This document shows, piece after piece, positions 37,295 through 46,963 of a stretch of 64,000 bases of DNA (the first letter of the stretch is position 1; every line of letters starts with the position of its first letter). The stretch lies in the IMG/VR virus record IMGVR_UViG_3300009716_000001; one strand, given 5' to 3'. The notes beneath the pieces were generated by a model. That model was not told where the DNA came from. It worked only from the letters and a program-made list of their open reading frames with translations, and searched no databases. Both the position numbers and the translations under genes were made by a program. The DNA is from a virus.

Positions 37295-39355
37295 TTAGTT
37301 ATATTTAACACCATTAATAATGAATTTCTCCCCTGATTTTTTAAGCATTTCAATTTCCTCTTTTGTAGGTTTCATGCTTGTTATATCTTCATAATCTGAA
37401 ACACCAGGTTGTGCTGCAGCTATTGTTGGAGTACTTTTTTTATATGCATCAAATTGAGATTTGATATAGGCATTTTCTTCATCACTATACATACGCATGC
37501 CGCTATTATCTAATTCAGATTCAGGTAAAGCCTCTTTATAGTGTCCTGCTTTTTTTCTTGGTGTATCCCATTGATTGTCTCTCCAAACTTGTCCAAAAAC
37601 TTTTGTTGGTAAGTTCTTGTATTCTGGTAAATACTCAAACAATTTATCCTTTTCTTGCATCAAAGCATAATACTCCGGAGAAGTTTTATCTTTAATTGTA
37701 TCAGCTTTTTTTAGCAAATTAGAATAAAGCTGGTAAGCCATCTTAGATGTTTGTTCGTCTTGCGGCTGATATTCGCTGTAATAACCTTTGTTAGGATTTA
37801 ATATCTTAGCACGTTCTTCTTCAAGTATGTTTGCTAAGTCTTCATGCTTATCTTGGTCTGTCCAAGGCAACCATCCCCAAGAATTTTTAACGTCCGTAGC
37901 ATTTAACCAATTTGCAGCTTGTTGCATACGTTCTGGATCTTTTGATTTTAATGCCGCCTCATACATGTTATAAGCATCTGGATACGCTTTTCTGAAAGCG
38001 TTTTCCTTTTCAAAACTATTTGATGTACCAAATGTTGGGCGCAATCCTGGTAAAGCTTGTTGTGATTTTAACCAAGCTATTTGGGCAGCTTTCTTTTCAG
38101 GAGAGTATGGGTCAAGTAAATGAGCTTTATATTCAGCTTCTGATTTGTAACCTCCTTTGTCAAAATAATCAACATCCCCACCCATTTCTAATTTAGGAAA
38201 ACCGTCCTTAGCCCATTTATCGTACCCACCAGGACCGTATTTTAAATACAGTTTTTGAAGGTCTGATTGAGACATGTTGATAACGCCATTTCTTTTTGCT
38301 GCCATTTCATTAGCTGCAGTATGTCCTAAAAGTTTTTCTGTTACATAGTCTAAGCTATTTGTAACAGCTTTTGTTGAAAAAGGTGCATCAAGACCAATAA
38401 TACCTCTATTAAGTTTTTCCTTGTCAGCTTCTCTTAACCCTTCGTAAATATCTTTTAAATCAAGATATGTTTCATAACCAGGTATAAACTGAGAAGCGGT
38501 TTCAAGGCCACTGCGCTTTTTATTCCAATTGATTTGAGCTTCTCTTTTTTCAGGAGAGTAGGGATCTAGCAGATGAGCTTTATATTCGGCTTCTGTTCTA
38601 TAATCTCCACCGTCTTGCATAAAGCCGCCAAAACGACCTTGTGCTTCTGCACCAACATCATCCATTTGAGTTTGTTGTGTACTAGCTTGTTCCGTTTGAG
38701 CTCCACCTGGATTCATTTGAACAAACTGTGCAGGGTCAATTCCCATTTCTTCAATATATGGCATAGCTACTGCAGGTATCCCTTGAGGAAAACCTTTCAT
38801 TGACTCCTGAAGAATAGCAAGTTTAGCAAGCTTCAGATTGTAGTTACCAATCATCATTTCTGCTGTTGCTTTTTGAAGCTTTTCAGAATCAGGGTCAGCT
38901 AATACTTTTTTGAACTGATTTACGTCATATTTTTTAGCAATCTCTGCAGGAGTATAACCAGCACCTTTTACACTCATTCCAAATTGAGCAAGTATAGTCG
39001 GGTCTTTAATACGCATTGCGGCTGTATCCGAAAAGATGAAAGAATCAGAAGGAAGATTAAGTGGAGTACCGCCTGAGTGGTGACGCTTGCCACCAATCTT
39101 GAATGTATCAGGAATACCACTCTTTGTAGGTAACGCAGCCACTTCACCTTTTTCCGCCTCAAGATTTGTATCTTCACGAGGAACCGGTTTAAGTGTAGAG
39201 TTAACTTCTATATCTGGAGCAGAAAGCTTTCCTGCCATTACTGGCCAAGGAAGCTTGTTTGCATTAAACCCGAGACCTGCTCTAAGGTCTCCCATTTTTA
39301 TCTCAAGACCTGATTGAGCCTGAGGTACGGGATTTATGATAACTCTTTTTTTCAT
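37295..39355 (-). CDS. repeat-containing virion cargo-type protein (686 aa from the ATG at 39355)
   Basis: Internal duplication: GGDYRTEAEYKAHLLDPYSPEKREAQINW (38525-38611) and GGYKSEAEYKAHLLDPYSPEKKAAQIAW (38072-38155). The ORF-track start at 39364 is a TTG. The ATG at 39353-39355 lies 1 nt after the upstream stop. Confidence 0.5.
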   Translation of the reverse strand: MKKRVIINPVPQAQSGLEIKMGDLRAGLGFNANKLPWPVMAGKLSAPDIEVNSTLKPVPREDTNLEAEKGEVAALPTKSGIPDTFKIGGKRHHSGGTPLNLPSDSFIFSDTAAMRIKDPTILAQFGMSVKGAGYTPAEIAKKYDVNQFKKVLADPDSEKLQKATAEMMIGNYNLKLAKLAILQESMKGFPQGIPAVAMPYIEEMGIDPAQFVQMNPGGAQTEQASTQQTQMDDVGAEAQGRFGGFMQDGGDYRTEAEYKAHLLDPYSPEKREAQINWNKKRSGLETASQFIPGYETYLDLKDIYEGLREADKEKLNRGIIGLDAPFSTKAVTNSLDYVTEKLLGHTAANEMAAKRNGVINMSQSDLQKLYLKYGPGGYDKWAKDGFPKLEMGGDVDYFDKGGYKSEAEYKAHLLDPYSPEKKAAQIAWLKSQQALPGLRPTFGTSNSFEKENAFRKAYPDAYNMYEAALKSKDPERMQQAANWLNATDVKNSWGWLPWTDQDKHEDLANILEEERAKILNPNKGYYSEYQPQDEQTSKMAYQLYSNLLKKADTIKDKTSPEYYALMQEKDKLFEYLPEYKNLPTKVFGQVWRDNQWDTPRKKAGHYKEALPESELDNSGMRMYSDEENAYIKSQFDAYKKSTPTIAAAQPGVSDYEDITSMKPTKEEIEMLKKSGEKFIINGVKYN

Positions 39356-39356
39356 C

Positions 39357-41795
39357 TTAAACAAAATCTATTTTGTGACCAGCTTTTCTTAATTCTTCAA
39401 TCTCCTCATCCGTTAATTCCACAGGAACTCCTGTTTGATATGCTCCACCTTTTGCATAAACATATCCACCGTTCTTAGTATAACCGCCTGGAGGAGTTTG
39501 ATTTTGATGACCAAACTGATCACCGTAACCTGCACCGGTTTGAGTAATATCACCTCTGTAAGAATTTGCAGCAGAGAACATATTGTTAGCTAAACTTTGC
39601 TTAGCCATGTACTCTTCCATTTTACGTTTCTCATCACCTAAGGCTAGGTTAGTACCCATACCTAAGATACCCATAGTAACACCAAAGATGTCTTGTCCTG
39701 ACCATGGATTCTTTCTCTTTCCAGTAAGGTCATATCCTCCTGAAGGTGTGCCTGCTTGTTGAGCTTGAGGAGCTTGTTGAGCAAGTTGCGCTTCATACTC
39801 AGGAGATAAAGGGCCCATTAAATTTGGGTCAGGTTGTCCATACATATTGTAACCAAATGCAGCTACCGGAATATAACCGCCATAAGCCATTCCTGTTCTT
39901 GGACCGGCCTGACTCTGATTTTGCATCACATCATCCATGAAGTTGTAATTGCTATTAGGATCAGGTTTTAATCGATTGTCCTTAACAGTTTGTATTGCTG
40001 TATTAGTTGGATTAGGTACCGGTGATGGGCTATAATTATTTGTTCCGTTTGGAGTGTGCATTGTGCTCATGAATTGCTCAATCTGTTTTTGTCTATCAGA
40101 CTTAACAACATCAGGTGTTTGTTCAGCACGTGGACCAGGTAACTGTTTATTTGTATCAGCCATAAAATTATAATCAGCTGGAGCCGGTTTATTTTGTGTT
40201 CCTTGAACTGGTCCTGCAGTAGGCCCTTGAGGAGTTGTTGCTACTTCTACCTTTCCTGTTTGAGGATTGATATAAGTATTGAAATGCATCTTCACTTTCT
40301 TAGGGTTGTTCATAGAACCAAACCAACCACGTTTTACTTCAAAGTCCGATAAGGCTGTGTGGAAATTAGGGTTTCCAAACATTTGATTGTAGAACGGATT
40401 TGGTGAATTCCATCCTTGAGTATTCCAGTTACCACCACCTTGAGGATGTTGATAAACATTATACCAAGAATCTGGGTTACCGTAGTCATAACGTGTTTGA
40501 CCGTTTTGGGAAGTCCAATATGTTTGGTCTGGATTTCTTTGAGAATACTGAGGCGAACGGTAAAGCATGTCTGTCACACCTGGTACACCACGGTACCAAC
40601 CACCTGCTGGTGTTGGACCAAATTGATAATTCCAAGGCATAGAGTCAATGGTTCTCTGATTTGTTTCATCCCACGATAATGGACCCATTTGATTATTAGC
40701 TGGACGACCATAAGAATCATACCCAAATGCGGCTTTAGGTAAATCTCCACCCATCTGTTTAGTAGGTGTCATCTTCCATTTGATGTATTGGTTTCCAGGA
40801 GCATAAGCGTTTTGCAAACCGGTATTAAATGCATTAAAGAAACCAGCGGTTGCTTGTTTACCTGCATTGTTCATTTGGTCAAGCATACCTTGAGCTTGAC
40901 CATAATTAGCAGCAGCTTGTTGCATTGCTGGGTCATAACCCATGTTATAGCCATAAGCTGCTGTAGGCATTCCCAAGATAGAAGCATCTTGCGCCATTGC
41001 GTTAAGCTTGTTCATTTGGTTTTCAGCTTCAGCCATTCCGTAGTTCATACGTACTAAGTTGTTAAACTGATTAGCTCTTTGAGCAATTACATCATCTTGG
41101 TCAGCACCATCAGAAGTTCCACCGTAAGCTTTCTTAGCCATAGCACGGAAAGTCTTAGCTAAGTTGTAACGTTTTGAACCTGGAGGACAATCTGGTCCAC
41201 CAAATTTTGACCCTGTACAAGGATGATCCTTACGCATATTCTTTGTAGCTTTTTGAATCCAATGACCACCTTCTTTAAAGTTATCCATGCTACCATCATT
41301 TACTCCACCGAACTGAGTCATTCCACCCATTTCCATATGAGCTCCACCACATTCAAAACATGGTGCACCACCATAAGCCATTGAACCTAGATGTGAAGCC
41401 CATGGTGCTCCTGAAAAGAACACATTAGCAGTCGGTTGTTGTGGAAATGCTTCTGGCAAATTAATACCACCGTGCATATAGAATCCTACTGGACCTTGCG
41501 GCACTGGTCCAAAGTTGAAGAATTGTGATGCTGTTGGTTGCCCGTTATGAGGAGCTCCGCTATCTCCTCCAAGCTGTTTTTTGTTTGCCATGGGATTATA
41601 AAAATTATGACCTGCTGGTCCGAACAACATTGTGTTACGTTCCATCAAGTGGTTGATACTTGTTTGTATATTTTTGTTTGTTTCGTTTGACTTGTTTCTG
41701 TGTACAGCAAGAGAACCCACCTTAGGTGATTTGCCTTGTTTCAAAGCCTTTGCGGCTTTCCAATCTTTACCAAATGTTGATGAATTATGACTCAT
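39357..41795 (-). CDS. low-complexity G/N/Q/P/M/Y-rich virion cargo-type protein (812 aa)
   Basis: Repeats AAFGYDSYGRPANNQMGPLS (40674-40733) and AAFGYNMYGQPDPNLMGPLS (39804-39863). MGGD motifs recur. The C-terminal TDEEIEELRKAGHKI is shared with the 686-aa neighbour. Confidence 0.5.
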   Translation of the reverse strand: MSHNSSTFGKDWKAAKALKQGKSPKVGSLAVHRNKSNETNKNIQTSINHLMERNTMLFGPAGHNFYNPMANKKQLGGDSGAPHNGQPTASQFFNFGPVPQGPVGFYMHGGINLPEAFPQQPTANVFFSGAPWASHLGSMAYGGAPCFECGGAHMEMGGMTQFGGVNDGSMDNFKEGGHWIQKATKNMRKDHPCTGSKFGGPDCPPGSKRYNLAKTFRAMAKKAYGGTSDGADQDDVIAQRANQFNNLVRMNYGMAEAENQMNKLNAMAQDASILGMPTAAYGYNMGYDPAMQQAAANYGQAQGMLDQMNNAGKQATAGFFNAFNTGLQNAYAPGNQYIKWKMTPTKQMGGDLPKAAFGYDSYGRPANNQMGPLSWDETNQRTIDSMPWNYQFGPTPAGGWYRGVPGVTDMLYRSPQYSQRNPDQTYWTSQNGQTRYDYGNPDSWYNVYQHPQGGGNWNTQGWNSPNPFYNQMFGNPNFHTALSDFEVKRGWFGSMNNPKKVKMHFNTYINPQTGKVEVATTPQGPTAGPVQGTQNKPAPADYNFMADTNKQLPGPRAEQTPDVVKSDRQKQIEQFMSTMHTPNGTNNYSPSPVPNPTNTAIQTVKDNRLKPDPNSNYNFMDDVMQNQSQAGPRTGMAYGGYIPVAAFGYNMYGQPDPNLMGPLSPEYEAQLAQQAPQAQQAGTPSGGYDLTGKRKNPWSGQDIFGVTMGILGMGTNLALGDEKRKMEEYMAKQSLANNMFSAANSYRGDITQTGAGYGDQFGHQNQTPPGGYTKNGGYVYAKGGAYQTGVPVELTDEEIEELRKAGHKIDFV

Positions 41796-44700
41796 TATCT
41801 AGGTGAATTTAACTCTTTGTTGTTAGTGAACAATATAAGCATTTTTCTATCTCCGCACACATTCCTACGCAAAAATACGTAATTTAAGTAATGCCTGAAC
41901 TTCTTACGTTGAAATTCATCTTTAGCATAGTTCATGTTATTTGGATTCAACTCGCGAGCATATCCGTTTGCACCGGTATTCCATATTACACGTTGTGCAT
42001 TTGGGTTGTATTCTCCACGGTCATCAGTGATATCCCAGAACTGGTTGAAGCGATAGTTGTTCTCCTGCTTAGATGAAATGATTTCAATATTGTCAAAGTT
42101 CACCTTTGGATACTGAATCATGTCAAACGGGTCTTTTCTCGGGTTCAAGATAAGCTTCAATAAACCGGATACCTGTTCTGTGTTATAAACAACAGCTTCA
42201 TCGAAGTTGAAGTCTAACACATGGAAACGGTCGTAGTTATTTTTAGCATACTTGTAACACTCTAACTGGTACTGAATACTACGTAAAGTATTTACTTGTT
42301 GAGCACTGTCAACCATGTATTCAACTTCAAATGGATAGTCTTTGTTGTAGTAATTACAGTAGCTATCAGTTCTTACATTATGCAACCAGATACCTGTATC
42401 CTTAACGCTTAAGAAAGTATTCTTTCCTGGCATTAACAATGTGGGGTGCCAATCATGGTAAGAAACCCAAGCTTTTGTTTTTGGGTCATAACTGATAGTC
42501 CATGATGCATCTTCAAAGTATTCCGGATTACCTAACTCAATGCTGAATCTTCTCTCACCATTCCAACGTACTTCGAACTCAATGCCACCTAGATACCCTA
42601 TTGTTATTTCAGGAGCAAGATCACCGCGTACCTTATAGTCACGCTTTGTGAAATACAACAGACCATTTTGGTTATCGTAAATTGACTGACTACCAATACC
42701 CACTACTGGATTCTCCGTAACTGAAAAGTCAGGGAACTGTTTCAATAAATGGTACGGTAGATAGTTGATTAACCACCATTTCATGTCCATCATTGATACC
42801 TCAGTCAATCCTCCACCAAACATGAATATCTTGTTTTGATTCTGGCTAATCCAGTAAATACCTGCCGGTGTATTCACCACAGATAATCTATCTTGACAAG
42901 ATGCATATTCGTAAGGACGATCTGCATTGACAATGTTCTGTAAAGGTTGGTCAAATAAACCACCATCTCCAATAGTAAGCTTGGTACCACCTGTTGTTTG
43001 TAACTGGTCTGTACCAAAGAATTGAGCAGGACTCTCTCCTTCAAAGAAGATAAGAGCACCGTTTTTATTTACCGGTTTAATACAAGTTACTCTTGTATTA
43101 AAATCGTAGTAGTTATTTGGCAAGAAATTAGTCCAACTATCGTGTAAGTTTTCAAACTGTGACGGTAGCGAGTATATAACTCTTGTTGGGTTGTAAATGT
43201 AACAAGTCTCAGCTATGTATGGGTCATACGTTCTTGGTTGTACTTGTCCCCAAGAAGCATAGTTCATAAACAGTTTAGCAATACTCAAAGATTGGTCATA
43301 CTTGTAGTAGTTCACATCTTTGATGTACTTTGTATCAAACAAAGCTTTAGTATCAGTAAATCTGTATGGGTCATAATGTTGCTCCGGAATACTATCACCC
43401 CAGTCACGTAAATCTATATTAGTCTCAGTCTCAACAAAGAAATCTTTCACACTTGAGTTGAATAAATAGAAATACTGATAACGCACAGCAAATCTCATTT
43501 GAGAGATTGATAACCATGTAGAGTAACAGTTTTGTCCATCCAGGTTGTAGTAATCAGAAGGAACAACCAAGTTATTGAACACGGAAGACGGGTTAGAAAA
43601 TACAGCTGTTGTAAAGAAGTTTGATAAAGATTGTACAAAATCTCCTGTTTCAAATTGCTCAAAGTTGGCAAAGAAACGCGGATACGGTACATTCACTTGC
43701 TTCTTGTAATTTAGTTGTGCTCCGTCCGGTTGTCCAAATAACCAGTTATAGAAATAGAAGAAAGTGTTCTTCTCAGTATAACGCCCTACGTAAGTATCTC
43801 CACCAAAAATTGTTTCTGTTTGATTGTTGAAGAAGATACAGTTTGATGCTGGTACCATTACAATACCGTTAATTTGTCCATACTGATTACGTATTCTTTG
43901 CTTTAAAGAAACGTAATGAGAAGATGCTACTTGAATACCTGCATTACCACCTGTAATGTTTTGGTAAGAAGAAGCTGGACCAAAGGCTTGCTTTTCCGGA
44001 TGTTTGATTACTAAGTTACCACCTAAGTTTGGATACTCGTATTCATACAAGTCACTTACATTGGAAGCCTTGATACGAGTCACATCGTTCACAGATGGAT
44101 CAACAACTGGTTTATTAGGGTTAAGCTGAACTGCAACTGTTTTAGCACGCAGTAAGTTATTCACCTTAATACCAGAACTGAAGTTTGCAAACTGTGGACC
44201 AATGTATTGAGCATCTTGAATTTCATAACGCTTGTTACCGTTTGAAGGAGGGCCTGCAAAACGGCTATAAAAACAATGTGAATGGTAACGTAAAGCAAAA
44301 TCTCTGTAACGAATTACAGCTTTAAAGAAACTTAGTAATTGGTCAGTAGCTCTAGTAAAGTTATTAATGAATAACGGAATACCCGCAATCCCTCTTAATA
44401 CACCAGGAATTTGCGCAAGTTCACCATCTTCATAATCAATGTCACGACTTCTTGAAGTAACACCTCGCGTTATAGAGTTAGACGATTGCCATAAACTTGA
44501 ATAGTATGTAGGTGTAGTATTCGGTAATGCACCCTCTGAATTAGTAACCCCGATTAAACTCTTTAACCAGATGGTACCTAAACCTTGTTGTAAAGCTTGA
44601 GTTGTCCATGCAGTATTTGTTAAGGTATTTGCGGCTGTTCCTAATAACGTTGAGTTATCTAAAAATGTTGGTGAAGTTCTAATACCTGTTGCAGCAGTAG

Positions 44701-46963
44701 CAATTGTAGCAGCACCTACACCATAAGGCGCAGACCAAGTTGTTACACCTGGTAAGTTAGCTTCTGAATAACCATTATGCTTAGGCGCAGCATACTTCAC
44801 ATTTCGTTTACCGTTTTGTGCTAATGCCGCTAAACCCATACCACCAATACAAGATATGATAAATGTCAAGTTTGTTATAAGCTTCTCTTTCGGGTGCTGC
44901 TCTGAATACTCAAACTTACCATTTACATCACCGTTCATTTCACCATGAATCTTCATCTCTTTAGCTGACAAATAAGGGTCAGTAAAAGTTGTATCAGGGC
45001 TATGGAAAGAAATAAGGTCTCTTGAAAACCGGTCTAAAGGTGCTTGTGTAGCAGCACTACCACCACCTCCAATAGAACAAGAGTTACCTTCAATCTGACC
45101 TACTGTCAAGAATGGATCTGGACGTAGTTCATTATAAGGATAATTTACATATGCCCCTCTTTGCCCTCCTGAATCAGGAATGTTATATAGACCCATGTTT
45201 GAAATCAATCCTTTTGCAATAATTGATTTGTTACCATTACGGGCACCACGAAGGATTTCGTAACCAACAATTCCTGGTACAGGCGTAACACCATCATTCA
45301 TTAATGGTGGGTCAATGTTTTCAAATTTAACACCTATGATACGGATTTTGTTATTAGCCGGATTGTAATACTGGGTATTAGCTGATGTTTCTAAGTCAGG
45401 CATTTTGTGATGTCTGATTGCTGTTCCGCATAAATCTAACTCAGTAACGTTTGTTCCAGGATATAAAGGGGTATTGATATTGAAACCTCCTCCTAGAGGA
45501 TTGGTTGCTCCATCCCATACTTGAGGCTTATCATCTGGATAAAACTCAGAAGATTCCCAGTAACCCATATAACCTTCAGCTACTACCACACCTCCATCAG
45601 GCAATGGCGTATTAGGTGTTGCTGTTTGAGTAGCTGTATTTTGAATGTACCATTTATAGTTAATACCTGCAGTTACTTCGTCTCCGATAGCATCTGTAGT
45701 GATAAGTGTTTTTTCACCGGCAAATGCAGGACGTCCTGGGATGTGATATGCAGAAGATCTCTCTCCTGTATCAAACACCCAACGGATAAAAAATGGATAC
45801 ACCTCATCACGCATGTATCCAGTGTTGCTACCACCTTTACGGTAGTAGTCGGTTGAATATTCAACTGCTTGCCACTTAGTAACAATTCTGTTTGCTATTG
45901 GCTGATAATTGAAATCCTCTTTTGATGTTGGTCCCACTCTGATTAAATAATCACCAACAGAGTACATAGCGTCTGTTTTATCAACTATCGGAGTGATGAT
46001 GGGAATATTCTGGATAGGAACAGTAGGCCATGTATTATCGATTGTGTCAAAGCTTATTCTTTGAGACTGTGTGCTATATGTGCCCGCTAAGCGAACAACA
46101 GTTTGATTGCTAATTACAGATATGATTGCCACCTGGATTTCATCAAATCCTTTATCTAAGTTCCAGAAGGTGACATCAAGAGAACACGCATTGTTTGCAT
46201 GATGAAAAAGAGGCTGAACATTTGATACGTACCAATCACTCACCTTTACATTGTTAATACTGTAAGCAATTGCAACAATGTATGAACCATTCAGTAAAGT
46301 TCCTGAGCTAACACCTTTTGTAATGTTTAAACAAGGTCTGTCAATGAATCTTGCTAAACGAATTTTCTCACAGTCTAATGCAGGTGTATTTGTACAAATG
46401 ATACAACCACCTGGTGTACCTGGTCCATTACTATCAACACAAGTTTGAATCCAAGGAATAGTACTATTAGGATTAGTGTAAGCATTTGCGGCAATGTTAT
46501 CCGCATCAAACTCTAAAGTTCTTGATACATTGTTACCATCATCCCAGTAAGCTTTATAAGTACAAGTACTTGTAGCACGTACCACACCCTTAATAAGGTG
46601 AAGTCTATTGAACTTCAAGCATGCATCATTAACAATACTTTGGTAAGCATCAACCATACCACACTTGTTCTCCTGAAATATACCAATCTCGGAGTTAGTG
46701 TCGTCAGTAGAGTAAATCAACCACTTATCTGCAGTAATGTGTAAGGTACCGATAATAGTGTAAGGTTTCTGTAAAGACAATTTTAAGCAGTCTAAGTTAG
46801 ACGGCTCATTGCCCAACTTCCCTAAGTCACCAGTTCTTGAGTTGTTAATCGCATTACGCGCATGTGTCCACTCGTTCTCTGGTAAATGGAAGTCATTCAC
46901 ATCTTCATTCAGACCTTTATCAAATCTGCGTGTGCCTATTTCGTTTGGGTTCTGTCCTGCCAT
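41795..46963 (-). CDS. very large tail/baseplate-type structural protein (1722 aa), possibly nozzle/tail-tubular-B-like
   Basis: The N-terminal FDKGLNEDVNDFHLPENEWTHARNAINNSRTGDLGKLGNEPSN resembles the N-terminal pattern of podovirus nozzle proteins, but the resemblance is weak and by eye. TAATG-type 1-nt overlaps occur at both ends. Confidence 0.3.
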   Translation of the reverse strand: MAGQNPNEIGTRRFDKGLNEDVNDFHLPENEWTHARNAINNSRTGDLGKLGNEPSNLDCLKLSLQKPYTIIGTLHITADKWLIYSTDDTNSEIGIFQENKCGMVDAYQSIVNDACLKFNRLHLIKGVVRATSTCTYKAYWDDGNNVSRTLEFDADNIAANAYTNPNSTIPWIQTCVDSNGPGTPGGCIICTNTPALDCEKIRLARFIDRPCLNITKGVSSGTLLNGSYIVAIAYSINNVKVSDWYVSNVQPLFHHANNACSLDVTFWNLDKGFDEIQVAIISVISNQTVVRLAGTYSTQSQRISFDTIDNTWPTVPIQNIPIITPIVDKTDAMYSVGDYLIRVGPTSKEDFNYQPIANRIVTKWQAVEYSTDYYRKGGSNTGYMRDEVYPFFIRWVFDTGERSSAYHIPGRPAFAGEKTLITTDAIGDEVTAGINYKWYIQNTATQTATPNTPLPDGGVVVAEGYMGYWESSEFYPDDKPQVWDGATNPLGGGFNINTPLYPGTNVTELDLCGTAIRHHKMPDLETSANTQYYNPANNKIRIIGVKFENIDPPLMNDGVTPVPGIVGYEILRGARNGNKSIIAKGLISNMGLYNIPDSGGQRGAYVNYPYNELRPDPFLTVGQIEGNSCSIGGGGSAATQAPLDRFSRDLISFHSPDTTFTDPYLSAKEMKIHGEMNGDVNGKFEYSEQHPKEKLITNLTFIISCIGGMGLAALAQNGKRNVKYAAPKHNGYSEANLPGVTTWSAPYGVGAATIATAATGIRTSPTFLDNSTLLGTAANTLTNTAWTTQALQQGLGTIWLKSLIGVTNSEGALPNTTPTYYSSLWQSSNSITRGVTSRSRDIDYEDGELAQIPGVLRGIAGIPLFINNFTRATDQLLSFFKAVIRYRDFALRYHSHCFYSRFAGPPSNGNKRYEIQDAQYIGPQFANFSSGIKVNNLLRAKTVAVQLNPNKPVVDPSVNDVTRIKASNVSDLYEYEYPNLGGNLVIKHPEKQAFGPASSYQNITGGNAGIQVASSHYVSLKQRIRNQYGQINGIVMVPASNCIFFNNQTETIFGGDTYVGRYTEKNTFFYFYNWLFGQPDGAQLNYKKQVNVPYPRFFANFEQFETGDFVQSLSNFFTTAVFSNPSSVFNNLVVPSDYYNLDGQNCYSTWLSISQMRFAVRYQYFYLFNSSVKDFFVETETNIDLRDWGDSIPEQHYDPYRFTDTKALFDTKYIKDVNYYKYDQSLSIAKLFMNYASWGQVQPRTYDPYIAETCYIYNPTRVIYSLPSQFENLHDSWTNFLPNNYYDFNTRVTCIKPVNKNGALIFFEGESPAQFFGTDQLQTTGGTKLTIGDGGLFDQPLQNIVNADRPYEYASCQDRLSVVNTPAGIYWISQNQNKIFMFGGGLTEVSMMDMKWWLINYLPYHLLKQFPDFSVTENPVVGIGSQSIYDNQNGLLYFTKRDYKVRGDLAPEITIGYLGGIEFEVRWNGERRFSIELGNPEYFEDASWTISYDPKTKAWVSYHDWHPTLLMPGKNTFLSVKDTGIWLHNVRTDSYCNYYNKDYPFEVEYMVDSAQQVNTLRSIQYQLECYKYAKNNYDRFHVLDFNFDEAVVYNTEQVSGLLKLILNPRKDPFDMIQYPKVNFDNIEIISSKQENNYRFNQFWDITDDRGEYNPNAQRVIWNTGANGYARELNPNNMNYAKDEFQRKKFRHYLNYVFLRRNVCGDRKMLILFTNNKELNSPR

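Noticed and set aside
39356-39364. TTG start at 39364 (689-aa ORF) and TTG start at 48749 (234-aa ORF) as given by the ORF track.
   Set aside because: In both cases an in-frame ATG lies 1 nt downstream of the upstream gene's stop (39355 and 48719). This removes the overlaps and, at 48719, gives an aacATGG context like other genes here. I therefore annotated the ATG starts.
37295-41795. Recurrent [ML]GGD / MGG motifs as adenain-type (M/L/I)-x-G-G cleavage sites for a maturation protease.
   Set aside because: The hydrophobic residue sits at P3 (M-G-G) rather than at P4 as the adenain consensus requires. No cysteine protease was recognised in the window. The motifs are better explained as part of the low-complexity repeats.
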